From the NCBI GenBank assembly GCA_040235515.1, contig JBECKX010000025.1, positions 1 to 37,846 of the forward strand: 37,846 nucleotides of DNA. The letters run 5' to 3'. Shown here piece after piece: positions 27,265 through 36,141 of this stretch. This DNA comes from Candidatus Zixiibacteriota bacterium. Its GTDB lineage: Bacteria > Zixibacteria > MSB-5A5 > CAIYYT01. The notes below the pieces were generated by a model that was given only the letters and a program-made list of their open reading frames with translations, was not told the DNA's origin and searched no databases. Each line of letters starts with the position of its first letter. Positions within the stretch are counted from its first letter, which is position 1. The position numbers were made by a program, and so were the translations under genes.

Positions 27265-28272
27265 ATGAAGTGTGCTAAAACGATCGCCGATCTGATCGGC
27301 AACACCCCGTTGGTGGAGTTGCCACCTGAATTTACCGGGCTGAAAGGTAACGTGCTGGCCAAGATCGAATCGGCGAACCCGGGCGGCTCGATCAAGGACC
27401 GAATGGTTGATTACGTGCTCCGCGAAGAAGAACGACGCGGCGAGATTAAGCCGGGTGATACTATCTGTGACGCCACATCGGGAAACACAGGCGTGGCGCT
27501 GGCGATGATTGCAGCTTGCCGCGGCTACAAGGCGGTAATCGTCACGCCAACGACAACCTCCGACGAGAAAGTGAATCTGGTGAAGTCTTACGGTGCAGAG
27601 GTGATAATCACACCGGGGAATATCGCGCCTGACGATCCGAGAAGCTGTTATTCGGTGGTGGAGCGACTTTGCGCGGAGAAGGGTTACCATTCGCTCAATC
27701 AATATCACAACCAGCTCAATCCGCTGGCACACTACTACAGCACCGGACCGGAGATCTGGGAGCAGACGGATGGGAGGGTCACTCACGTTGTTGCCGGCAT
27801 CGGTACCGGCGGAACGATTTCGGGGATCGGACGCTTCCTGAAGGAGAAGAATCCCAACACCTGCATCGTCGGCGTTGAACCGCTCGGTTCGTGGTTCCAG
27901 TCGATTCAGGCGGGTACGGCGCAACCGACAGCACTTCCCCACCTGGTCGAGGGTATCGGCACAGAGAAGTTCGTGGACGCGTTCCAGCCGCAGTATATCG
28001 ACAGGGTCTACCAGGTCGGCGACCCGGAATCATTCACGCTGGCCCGTGCCCTGAGCGGACGGCTCGGCATTTCGGTGGGCGGTTCTACGGGCTCGATCTA
28101 CGCCGGTGTACGTCGATTGGCGGAGGAACTCACGGAGGATTCAGTTGTAGTCTTTATAGTTCCTGACGGGGGTATAAGGTATATCAGCAAGATGTTCTGT
28201 GAAGAGTGGATGCGCGCTCACGAGATGCCACTTGAGGAAGAACTGGAGGTCAGCTATGAGCACGGCAAGTAG
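27265..28272 (+). CDS. Cysteine synthase / cystathionine beta-synthase family PLP enzyme
   Basis: IGNTPLV, NPGGSIKDR, TSGNTG, NQYHNQLNPLAHY..TGPEIWEQT, GIGTGGT, VEGIG. Confidence 0.92.
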   Translation: MKCAKTIADLIGNTPLVELPPEFTGLKGNVLAKIESANPGGSIKDRMVDYVLREEERRGEIKPGDTICDATSGNTGVALAMIAACRGYKAVIVTPTTTSDEKVNLVKSYGAEVIITPGNIAPDDPRSCYSVVERLCAEKGYHSLNQYHNQLNPLAHYYSTGPEIWEQTDGRVTHVVAGIGTGGTISGIGRFLKEKNPNTCIVGVEPLGSWFQSIQAGTAQPTALPHLVEGIGTEKFVDAFQPQYIDRVYQVGDPESFTLARALSGRLGISVGGSTGSIYAGVRRLAEELTEDSVVVFIVPDGGIRYISKMFCEEWMRAHEMPLEEELEVSYEHGK

Positions 28273-29014
28273 GCAGCAAAGATCTGTGAATGGTACCGGA
28301 TGGTTGGCATGCGTCGGATTGGCACTCCTGCTCGTTCTGGCTCAAGCCTTGCCGCTGCTGGCGGAGGATTCTGCAGCCAGGATTGAAGTGCCGGATGACT
28401 ACTATTATTTCGGATATATGCCGCGCGATGTGGTGGTTTCTCACACTTACTGGATCAAAAATAGCGGCGGGGACACGCTGAGAATCGTCAAGGTGAAGCC
28501 TACTTGTGGTTGCACGGCAGTTCCGCTGGTGACCGATGCGATCGCTCCCGGAGACTCGGCCGAATTGAAGATTACGTTCGATTCAAAACTGATGACCGGA
28601 AAGGTAGTGAAAGAGGTGGATATCTTCACCAACGACCCGGTTGATCCGATCAAATCGGTGAAGTTTTTCGCAGTTGTGAATCAGACCTACCCTAATCTGG
28701 TGGTTGAACCGGGTACGTTGCGTTTTTCGAAATTCGGTTCGAAAGATGGCAGGATTGTGAAGGAGATGAAGATCAAGAATGCGTTTGCTGATGATGTAGA
28801 GATATCCTTCACGGAATTCCCGAATAAGTATTTCAAGATTGACAAGAAGAGCGCCAAGATCGGGGCTGGTGACGAGGTCGTATTCACGCTTGAGCAGGTC
28901 GAAGTGCCCACTGTGGAGGCCGATTATCTCACATCTCTGACCCTGGAATGTGACGGTCCGGAGACTGAAAGAATAACTATACCTATTGTGTGTTATTTCA
29001 CGCGGGGAGAATAG
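28256..29014 (+). CDS. DUF1573-domain secreted protein
   Basis: Signal peptide; H..WIKNSGGDTLRI..VKPTCGCT...IAPGDS..LKITFDS...FTNDP. Confidence 0.85.
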   Translation: MSTASRQQRSVNGTGWLACVGLALLLVLAQALPLLAEDSAARIEVPDDYYYFGYMPRDVVVSHTYWIKNSGGDTLRIVKVKPTCGCTAVPLVTDAIAPGDSAELKITFDSKLMTGKVVKEVDIFTNDPVDPIKSVKFFAVVNQTYPNLVVEPGTLRFSKFGSKDGRIVKEMKIKNAFADDVEISFTEFPNKYFKIDKKSAKIGAGDEVVFTLEQVEVPTVEADYLTSLTLECDGPETERITIPIVCYFTRGE

Positions 29015-29067
29015 GTTAGAAAGACAAGATTTTTATACTTTCCTTTTATGATTTTAATGTTTTTAGC

Positions 29068-29095
29068 TTGACACTTTGGCAGCTAATTCTATATT
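29068..29095 (+). promoter_or_regulatory. Sigma70 promoter with an AT-rich UP element and no downstream ORF
   Basis: TTGACA-N16-TATATT preceded by a T-rich tract (29028-29064). Confidence 0.65.
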
Positions 29096-29101
29096 TCGCG
29101 C

Positions 29102-29178
29102 TTGAGGGCGTTCCTCTGTTGTCCTAGGGTAGTTTCCTAGCCCCCTCTACCCTATCCAGAGTGGACCCCTCTTTTTTT
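29102..29178 (+). ncRNA. Candidate small hairpin RNA (~75 nt)
   Basis: Begins ~7-9 nt after the -10 box, folds into one long bulged hairpin (29104-29171) and ends in T7. Confidence 0.55.
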
Positions 29179-29209
29179 ATGCCTGGTTCGCGCTGACTTT
29201 TCTTTCGCA

Positions 29210-30682
29210 CTAACCCTTGATATTGCCGATCGGAACCAGCTTGGCGACTTTACGAGAGATACCGATCGAGTCGACCGCGCCGATGACATCATCGATTTGC
29301 TTATAGGCAAATCCCGCCTCCTCAGCCAGCCCGCGCATCGAGGCAGCCCTCACGACAATCCCCTGCTCCTTCATCTGTTTGAGGAGGTCCTCTCCACGCA
29401 CACTCTTCTTGGCTTTGATCCGCGACATGGTACGACCGGAACCATGGAGGGTCGAGCCGTAGGTTTCCTCCATTGCCAGTTGAGTGCCGACTAAGAGGTA
29501 GGAGCCGGTTTGCATCGAGCCGCCTACAAACACCGGTTGGCCGATATCGCGATAGCTGGATGGCAAATCGGGGGCATGCGGTCCGAATGAGCGGGTCGCA
29601 CCTTTGCGGTGAACGATGACTTCCTGTTCCCTGCCATCGATCTTGTAACGCTCTACTTTCGCGATATTGTGTGCGACATCGTAGACCGTTTGCAGGCCGA
29701 GTTCAGCCTCCGACTTTCCAAACACTTCGACGAAGGCACGTCTGACGTTATGGACGATGAACTGCCGATTGGCGAAGGCGTTGTTGGCAGCGCACGCCAT
29801 CGCGCGGAAATAGGCTTGCCCCTCCTGCGACTTGAATGGCGCACAGGCCAGCTCACGGTCGTTGACTTCTATGCCATACTTCTTGTGCGCTTTGGTGAAT
29901 ACCTGCAGGTATTCGGTAGCGGTCTGGTGACCGCAACCGCGCGAACCGCAGTGAATCAATACGACGATCTGATTGGGAAGGTTGATTCCGAGGCGTTCGG
30001 CGATACGCTGATCGAAGACGTTTTCCGGGCGTACGACTTCAACCTCAAGATAGTGGTTGCCGGAACCGAGCGTACCGAGTTGATCGCGGCCGCGCTGAAC
30101 GACTTTATCGGAGATAGTGTCAGGATCGGCCCACTCGATGCAGCCACGCGCTTCGAGGCGATCGATATCAGCTTCCGACGCATAACCGTTTTTCAGGCAC
30201 CAGCCAGCGCCCTGCTCGAGTACCTTGTTGAATTCCGGCTTCGAGAGGGTGAGCGGGCCTTTGACTCCGACGCCTGCGGGAACATAGTTAAACAACCGGT
30301 CAAGCAACTGCGGCAGTTTCGGGCGGATTTCATCCTCCACCAGGTTGGTGCGAATCAGACGCATGCCGCAATTGATGTCGAAGCCGATGCCGCCGGGTGA
30401 TATAACGCCATCATCGGTGGAGAAAGCTGCTACACCGCCGATCGGGAATCCGTAACCCCAGTGACCATCCGGCATACAGAGGGCATGTCCGACAATGCCG
30501 GGGAGACAGGCGACGTTGGTGACCTGCTCGTAGACGCCTTGATCGAGCGACTTGATCAGCTTGTCGGATGAGTAGAGGCGAGCCGGAACCCGCATCCCCT
30601 TCTTGGCAGAAGTCGGGATCTCCCAGACGCCATCTTTAATCCTATGCTTTTCCATGATCTCCCTGATACGAGATTTGCTCAC
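29210..30682 (-). CDS. rtcB: RtcB RNA-splicing/repair ligase
   Basis: MPDGHWGYGFPIGGV, GFDINCG, GTLGSGNHYLE, HCGSRG, DVAHNIAK, HRKGATR, HGSGR, AEEA..AYK. Confidence 0.96.
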   Translation of the reverse strand: MSKSRIREIMEKHRIKDGVWEIPTSAKKGMRVPARLYSSDKLIKSLDQGVYEQVTNVACLPGIVGHALCMPDGHWGYGFPIGGVAAFSTDDGVISPGGIGFDINCGMRLIRTNLVEDEIRPKLPQLLDRLFNYVPAGVGVKGPLTLSKPEFNKVLEQGAGWCLKNGYASEADIDRLEARGCIEWADPDTISDKVVQRGRDQLGTLGSGNHYLEVEVVRPENVFDQRIAERLGINLPNQIVVLIHCGSRGCGHQTATEYLQVFTKAHKKYGIEVNDRELACAPFKSQEGQAYFRAMACAANNAFANRQFIVHNVRRAFVEVFGKSEAELGLQTVYDVAHNIAKVERYKIDGREQEVIVHRKGATRSFGPHAPDLPSSYRDIGQPVFVGGSMQTGSYLLVGTQLAMEETYGSTLHGSGRTMSRIKAKKSVRGEDLLKQMKEQGIVVRAASMRGLAEEAGFAYKQIDDVIGAVDSIGISRKVAKLVPIGNIKG

Positions 30683-30691
30683 AAAATTCGC

Positions 30692-31129
30692 TTACAAATC
30701 CAATACGATGGTCGCGGTCAGGCCCTCATCCGACTCCTCAATAGCGAGGCGATGATAGGTAACTGCTTTGACATCGCAACTGGTGTGACCTGTTAGCTCG
30801 GTGATCGGGCAGCCGTGCAGAGTTGCAGTCAATTCCAGCGGCCGGCTTGCAGCAATAGTTACTTCAGTACGGCTATAGAGTTCGGCGTGGAGATCTTTGA
30901 GGTAGACCAGTTCCGCGAGCCAGTTGTAGAGGAGTTCTTCGCGATCGTCGCCTTTAACGCTTACCTGCCGCCGGGTTAGTGGTTTGATCTGTTTGATGTC
31001 AGCCATGGTGGCGAAGAGTCCAAGCGCGGCGTTCTCCAGCAGTTCGCTCAATGAGTCCCCGTAGGCATGGTAGGCGGCATCGGCAGTGGCGATGTCGTCG
31101 ATGAACTCAAACTGTCTTTTTCCCGCCAC
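30692..31129 (-). CDS. Archease (RtcB activator)
   Basis: GTG at 31129; FEFIDDIATAD, LYNWLAELVYL, DVKAVTYH, C-terminal LDL; 9 bp upstream of rtcB. Confidence 0.9.
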   Translation of the reverse strand: MAGKRQFEFIDDIATADAAYHAYGDSLSELLENAALGLFATMADIKQIKPLTRRQVSVKGDDREELLYNWLAELVYLKDLHAELYSRTEVTIAASRPLELTATLHGCPITELTGHTSCDVKAVTYHRLAIEESDEGLTATIVLDL

Positions 31130-31322
31130 CTGGTTTCTTTCGCCGATCGAGCCAGAATCCAAAGACGATGCCGATGCCGAGGACAAGCAGCAGGAGTATC
31201 GACAACGGGAGATAGATGCTGAAGAAGGTAAATCTAATCGACACGCTGTAGCTGTTCTGGACAAGCAGAATTGTGGTAATCACGATCAGGACTACTACCA
31301 GTATCTGTTTTGGTGTGAACAT
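31107..31322 (-). CDS. Small LapA/DUF1049-like membrane protein
   Basis: GGAGG RBS then MFTPKQ; two TM helices with QNSYSVSIRFTFFSIYLPL between them; basic tail. Confidence 0.7.
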   Translation of the reverse strand: MFTPKQILVVVLIVITTILLVQNSYSVSIRFTFFSIYLPLSILLLLVLGIGIVFGFWLDRRKKPGGGKKTV

Positions 31323-31419
31323 GTTCCTCCAATGAGTCAGGGGCTCATCAGTGATTGGCCCGCCGGCTTTTGGCGCCCGCCAACTGAACTCTCCGTTTGT
31401 GCTACGAAGATAATGGTAC

Positions 31420-31451
31420 AAAAAAAGGTGCCGTATTGCTACGACACCTTT
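31420..31451 (-). terminator. Rho-independent terminator after the ferredoxin gene
   Basis: Minus strand AAAGGTGTCGTA-GCAA-TACGGCACCTTTTTTT. Confidence 0.85.
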
Positions 31452-31472
31452 GTTCTAACCAGAAATCGAGGT

Positions 31473-31658
31473 CTACGCTTTTTCGATACAGTCAACGGGA
31501 CAGATTGCCACGCAGCGGGACTCGCCGCCAACGCTTTCGCATTCGTCACATTTGTTTGGATCGATGACGTAGATGTCACCTTCTTCTATCGCCTCGTTCG
31601 GGCACTCCGGCAGGCAGAGTCCACAAGCGGTGCATTCGTCGGTGATCTTCATTGCCAT
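31473..31658 (-). CDS. 2x[4Fe-4S] ferredoxin (YfhL-like)
   Basis: CTACGLCLPECP and CDEC.......C...CP motifs; GGAGG RBS. Confidence 0.93.
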   Translation of the reverse strand: MAMKITDECTACGLCLPECPNEAIEEGDIYVIDPNKCDECESVGGESRCVAICPVDCIEKA

Positions 31659-31851
31659 TTCAAATACCTCCAGCGACAGCGTGATGTCGATGCGCTTTCG
31701 TAACTCATTCCTTCGAAACTAATCACTGTCAAGCACAAGTGGGAGCGCCGGGTGGATTCCGAAGCTCTACCGGAACTCTTAGTGTCGCATCATCGACAAA
31801 TATATAAGCGTTCAATATCACCGCAAGCAAAAACGGTAAAAATGTCCTAAT

Positions 31852-33321
31852 TTATCTTCTTTTTTTATCGGCAGTTGACAAACGCACCCTGAGCCAATAG
31901 AAGAGCAATACTGTCGCGACTGCAACCGCAAGGGTGATAATGACATACCCCTTCTGGTCAAGTGCGCCCTTCTGGAGAAACGCGGCGGTCCAGTTCTGTA
32001 GCGTTTTGATCCCAACCGGAATCAGATAAAACCAGAAGGATGCCCGGACGGAGATGAAGAGACCGAACAATGCACCTGAAGCGGCGCTGATGCCGATCAG
32101 TCCGAATTTCTGCAGCATCAGATCACCGGAGAGGATAGAACCATCGGCGGCGAAAGCGGTCAGGTTGACTGATTGCATGAAACCAAATCCCGCACCACAG
32201 GCGGCACCGATGGCAATATAGATGGCAGGATTTTTCCTGTACGGCGCAAAGTGCACCCCTGCGACCGGCAGCAGGATGGCAAGCTGCTCGATGATAGCGA
32301 AGACCAGGGCAGAACCAAGCAGCGTCATGTAAGTGTTGGAGGATGGGCTGCTCGGGTTGAGGGCAAAGCTGAAATAGAGTTGCTGGAGCGGCTCCAGGAT
32401 GACGATCGCCAGCCAATAGAGGAGCGCTCCACCGACAAAGACCAAGAGTGAGTCGGCCCTGAGTTGCCTGCGCCAGCCGAAGAGTACAGCCCAGGCAGCG
32501 GCAAAGAGCAACAAGAGTGAGTACCCCCCTGCTCTGCTGCTGACGGTGGCAAAGAAGGAGGGGCGCTCAACCTTCGCCTGCACGCCGGAGGCGAGTCTCT
32601 GGACTATGGTGTTCTGTTTGGGGTCGACTGCACGGATCAGTTTACCGTCGTGCGCGATGTAAAGCACCTGGCTGAGCTCGATAAGTTCGAGCACCCTGAC
32701 GGCGACATTCTCACCTTCAAATTTGACCACCTGGTTTTCCCGCGCGACGACCTGGACTGGAACCATCTGGCTAATCTGCGGGATCACCACGCGGGCAACC
32801 AGCGAGTCTCCGGGGGCAAGGTCCATCATATTCATGGCGAGTTCCCATTCGAGAGCGAAGTTGTTGTCGAAGAGAGCGGGCCACGATTCGAGCGGCAGAT
32901 TGAATGGTTGTCGGACGCCAAAGCGAGTCGTTACACCGGAGTAGCCATCGCGGGCAAAAGTGCCGTAGTGGGAGACATTAGCGTTCATGATGCTGAGATC
33001 ATACTCGTAATGGCGGGGCAGACCGGTATCGTAGTAACAAGCCTTGCTTTTGAGTTCGGTGTCGAGGGTCTTTCCCTGGCGCTGGAATACGGCGTGGGTT
33101 TCCATATTGAAGACATAGAGGGATTCCTCCGTTGCCGCTATCCACTGAGTGCCGGCACAGATAGCCTGCTGCGTGCCGATGACTTTGCCATCGCGCATGA
33201 TACTGAATCTAACCGTATCGCCGGGGGCATAGATTTGATGGGGGCGTAGTGTGGCCCCGGCGCTACCGCAGAGCGCGAGGGTGACAATGAATATGAAAAG
33301 GCTCGATAGTCTCTGGAACAT
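31852..33321 (-). CDS. Secreted beta-domain fused to a YhfC/PrsW-like multi-pass membrane domain (degenerate motifs)
   Basis: Signal peptide from ATG 33321, ~240 aa beta-rich soluble domain, then ~8 TM helices with IIEQLA and GAACGAGFGFMQS. Confidence 0.6.
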   Translation of the reverse strand: MFQRLSSLFIFIVTLALCGSAGATLRPHQIYAPGDTVRFSIMRDGKVIGTQQAICAGTQWIAATEESLYVFNMETHAVFQRQGKTLDTELKSKACYYDTGLPRHYEYDLSIMNANVSHYGTFARDGYSGVTTRFGVRQPFNLPLESWPALFDNNFALEWELAMNMMDLAPGDSLVARVVIPQISQMVPVQVVARENQVVKFEGENVAVRVLELIELSQVLYIAHDGKLIRAVDPKQNTIVQRLASGVQAKVERPSFFATVSSRAGGYSLLLLFAAAWAVLFGWRRQLRADSLLVFVGGALLYWLAIVILEPLQQLYFSFALNPSSPSSNTYMTLLGSALVFAIIEQLAILLPVAGVHFAPYRKNPAIYIAIGAACGAGFGFMQSVNLTAFAADGSILSGDLMLQKFGLIGISAASGALFGLFISVRASFWFYLIPVGIKTLQNWTAAFLQKGALDQKGYVIITLAVAVATVLLFYWLRVRLSTADKKRR

Positions 33322-33420
33322 CTTGAATCGTCCGGGAACAATCCGTTCAGGTGTTAGCACCAGTGTCGGCAATTGGCTGGCGAATATAAGCTGAAGAGAG
33401 AGTTCTCCCAACCAAAAAAG

Positions 33421-34185
33421 CTAGCTGCGCGATTCCTCCTCCGCGACCACCTCGTAGCGCTTCTTACCGGTGATTCGCACGACGATGATGGAGACTTCGT
33501 AGAGGACATAGAGAGGTGTCGCGAGCAGCATCATGGTAATCGCATCGGGGGTCGGGGTGATCAGCGCGGCGACGATCAGGATGATTACGATGGCAAAGCG
33601 CCTCCCCTTCGAGAGGGCGTGGGCGGTCACGAGGCCGAGCCGTCCGAGGAAAAAAGCGACAATGGGCAATTGAAACACCGCTCCGAAGGCGATACAGAGC
33701 CAGAATACGAAGGAAAAATAATCTGAGACATCGATCAGCGGTTTGACACTTTCGGTGCCGAACTCTGTCAGAATCTTGATCGCATTGGGAAGAACCATTA
33801 GGAAACAGAAGGCTGCTCCGCCAAAGAAGAAGAGTGTGCCGAGCACCGTGACCGGCAGGAGGAAGTTGACCTCCCGCTTGTAGAGTCCCGGAATGACGAA
33901 CATCCAGAACTGGTAGAGGAACACCGGAATCGCCAGGATCAGCCCTGCAAAAAGGGCGACCTTGACTCGAATCATAAACGCCCCGGCCGGCTGGCGAAAA
34001 TAGACTGTACCCACCGGTTCTACCAGATAGTCGACCAGAGTATCTGAGAAAAAGTATGCTACGATCCCGAGGCCGATGATGGTAAGGATGACCTTGATGA
34101 GACGCCAGCGTAGTTCTTCGACATGAGCCAGGAACGGCATATCGCCCGAATTGGGAGAGTTGTCGCTATCGTCGTAGGGTGACAT
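33421..34185 (-). CDS. tatC: Twin-arginine translocase subunit TatC
   Basis: MPFLAHVEELRWRL, YQFWMFVIPGLYKRE, FGAVFQLP, ITPTPD, LYEVSI. Confidence 0.96.
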   Translation of the reverse strand: MSPYDDSDNSPNSGDMPFLAHVEELRWRLIKVILTIIGLGIVAYFFSDTLVDYLVEPVGTVYFRQPAGAFMIRVKVALFAGLILAIPVFLYQFWMFVIPGLYKREVNFLLPVTVLGTLFFFGGAAFCFLMVLPNAIKILTEFGTESVKPLIDVSDYFSFVFWLCIAFGAVFQLPIVAFFLGRLGLVTAHALSKGRRFAIVIILIVAALITPTPDAITMMLLATPLYVLYEVSIIVVRITGKKRYEVVAEEESRS

Positions 34186-34194
34186 TGGAGTGGA

Positions 34195-34644
34195 TTATTC
34201 CAGCAGGTTTTTCAGTTCGTCCACGAACTCGGTTTTGTCGCGGAACTTGCGGTAGACCGACGCGAAGCGGACGTAGGCGATTTCATCGAGTTCGCGCAGA
34301 CGCTCCATCACCAATTCGCCGATGTCTTTGGAGGAGACCTCCGACTTGGAGAGTTTGAAGAGTTCGGCCTCGACATCCTCGACAAGTGCCATCAGTTGTT
34401 TGGTGGAGACGGGTCGTTTAGCCAATGCGATCTCGACACCCTTCATCAGCTTGGAACGATCGTAGGGTTCACGTCTGTCGTCGTGTTTGATTACCTGAAG
34501 CGCAACGCGTTCGATGTACTCGTAGGTAGTGAAGCGTTCGTTGCAGGCCTGGCACTGGCGTCGGCGGCGGACGGCGTTACCATCCTGCACGAGTCGCGAG
34601 TCGATGACCTTATCTGAATCTTCACCACAAAATGGGCATCGCAA
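34195..34644 (-). CDS. nrdR: Transcriptional repressor NrdR
   Basis: RCPFC...KVIDSR...RRRRQC..C..RFTTYE, ATP cone, AYVRFASVY. Confidence 0.97.
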   Translation of the reverse strand: MRCPFCGEDSDKVIDSRLVQDGNAVRRRRQCQACNERFTTYEYIERVALQVIKHDDRREPYDRSKLMKGVEIALAKRPVSTKQLMALVEDVEAELFKLSKSEVSSKDIGELVMERLRELDEIAYVRFASVYRKFRDKTEFVDELKNLLE

Positions 34645-34656
34645 TTCTGCAAGCTC

Positions 34657-35457
34657 CTATTCAATAGCTACTGCGACGGGAGTACCGAGCGGCTGACTGA
34701 ATTGCGCGGCGGCACTTCCCTGGTTGATGAACAATTCCACCGTATCGAAACCGGAGATGATCGCCGAGAGCCCATTCGCGGCGGAGTAGCTTTCGGCAAA
34801 TCGCGTGGTCACGGAATTGCCCACGGTGACTCTTAGCTTATCAATTTCAGCCCCCTTCGGCAAATCATCTTTGGTGATGTTGGTGATCATATTGCCGAAT
34901 TTGTCGACGTACATTACTTCGCCGATAACGTGCGACTCATGCTTGAGCAGATTGGGAATCGGCAGCACCTGGTAAGTGCCGAGCGGGTTGCCGAGTTCTT
35001 CGAGCCTGCGGCCGCAGGCGAGCTGAGCCGCCGCGGGTGCCATGATGTCGCGGCCATGAAACGTCTTTCCGGGATTGGCGGGAAGCAGCTCGGAGTGTTC
35101 AATGGCGACAAGCCGACGATCTTCGCAACCACGCAGGACAAAGCTGAGCACGCCGTTGTCGGGCGCGACGAAGCTATAACCACCGGCGGAAGCTGCCAGT
35201 ATCCGCCGATCGCTGCCGACACCGGGATCAATGACCACGATGAATACGGTTCCCACCGGGTAGTGCTTTATGGATCGTTCAAGGATGAAGGCCGCGGTGC
35301 GGATATCGAACGAGGCGATTTGATGGGTTACATCGATGATGGTGAGATCGGGCACGGCTTTCAGCAGTGCGCCTTTCATCATCCCAACAAACGAATCAGT
35401 CTCCCCGAAATCGGTGAGCAAGGCTACGGTTTTCATGGTACGGCTCGTTTCGGTCAA
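34657..35457 (-). CDS. SAM hydroxide adenosyltransferase (DUF62, chlorinase/fluorinase family)
   Basis: LLTDFG, DVTH, VIDPGVGSDRR, APDNG, TFHGRDIMAP, DKFGN; alternative start 35436. Confidence 0.92.
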   Translation of the reverse strand: MTETSRTMKTVALLTDFGETDSFVGMMKGALLKAVPDLTIIDVTHQIASFDIRTAAFILERSIKHYPVGTVFIVVIDPGVGSDRRILAASAGGYSFVAPDNGVLSFVLRGCEDRRLVAIEHSELLPANPGKTFHGRDIMAPAAAQLACGRRLEELGNPLGTYQVLPIPNLLKHESHVIGEVMYVDKFGNMITNITKDDLPKGAEIDKLRVTVGNSVTTRFAESYSAANGLSAIISGFDTVELFINQGSAAAQFSQPLGTPVAVAIE

Positions 35458-35783
35458 CTCGGTTCGCTGGATTCAGCGAGCAGCCAGTTGAGATACTCAG
35501 ATGAGCCGCCAACGACATCAATCGCTACGAACTCAGGTAAGTCGTAACCCGAGAGTTCGCGAATGCGCCGCCCGATGGCTGATTGGCGCGATGCGGCTGC
35601 CTTGATAATCAACAACCATTCGCGTTCGGTAACAACCTTCCCTTCCCAGCGGTAGGTCGAGTTGACAGGCGCGACGACATTCACGCAGGCGGCCAGGCGT
35701 TCTTCCACCAGGGTTGAAGCGATTGTCTGAGCGGTCTGCTCACTCCCGCAGGTTGTCATGAAGATCTTCGGCTGAGGTGTCAT
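35454..35783 (-). CDS. cutA: Divalent-cation tolerance protein CutA
   Basis: LVEERLAACVN, STYRWEG, YDLPE, YLNWL. Confidence 0.93.
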   Translation of the reverse strand: MTPQPKIFMTTCGSEQTAQTIASTLVEERLAACVNVVAPVNSTYRWEGKVVTEREWLLIIKAAASRQSAIGRRIRELSGYDLPEFVAIDVVGGSSEYLNWLLAESSEPS

Positions 35784-35792
35784 ACGGCTTCC

Positions 35793-36107
35793 CTAACGAG
35801 TGCCCTGGTTGAAGTCGCGCCCCAGTTTTTCGCGAACAGATGCGAGTTTGCGCTCCATCCGGCTCTTATCGCCTTCGCGGTCATCGATCGCAACACGCGT
35901 ATAGACGCGGGGAGCTGATTCGCGCAGTTTGTCATGGCACTCCTTGATCAGTCCCATACATTCTTCCCAGGAGCCTTCGATCAGGGTACCCATTGCATGG
36001 GTTTCGTATTTCAGTCCAGACCTGTCGATGATATCGATGATCTTCGCAACCTCAGCAGAGATTGAGTCACCGCCCCCCATCGGGACCATAGAGAATTCGA
36101 CGAGCAT
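35793..36107 (-). CDS. MTH1187/YkoF-like thiamine-binding protein (DUF77)
   Basis: EFSMVPMG, SGLKYETHAMGTLIEG, RVYT..IDDR. Confidence 0.9.
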   Translation of the reverse strand: MLVEFSMVPMGGGDSISAEVAKIIDIIDRSGLKYETHAMGTLIEGSWEECMGLIKECHDKLRESAPRVYTRVAIDDREGDKSRMERKLASVREKLGRDFNQGTR

Positions 36108-36141
36108 GAGTCAGGCCTCCTCTCCAGGATTGGGCGTTGCG

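Noticed and set aside
27133..27942. 269 aa minus-strand ORF
   Set aside because: Antisense shadow of the cysteine synthase-family gene.
29609..30400. 263 aa plus-strand ORF
   Set aside because: Antisense shadow of rtcB.
31086..31703. 205 aa plus-strand ORF
   Set aside because: Overlaps three well-supported minus-strand genes and a terminator.
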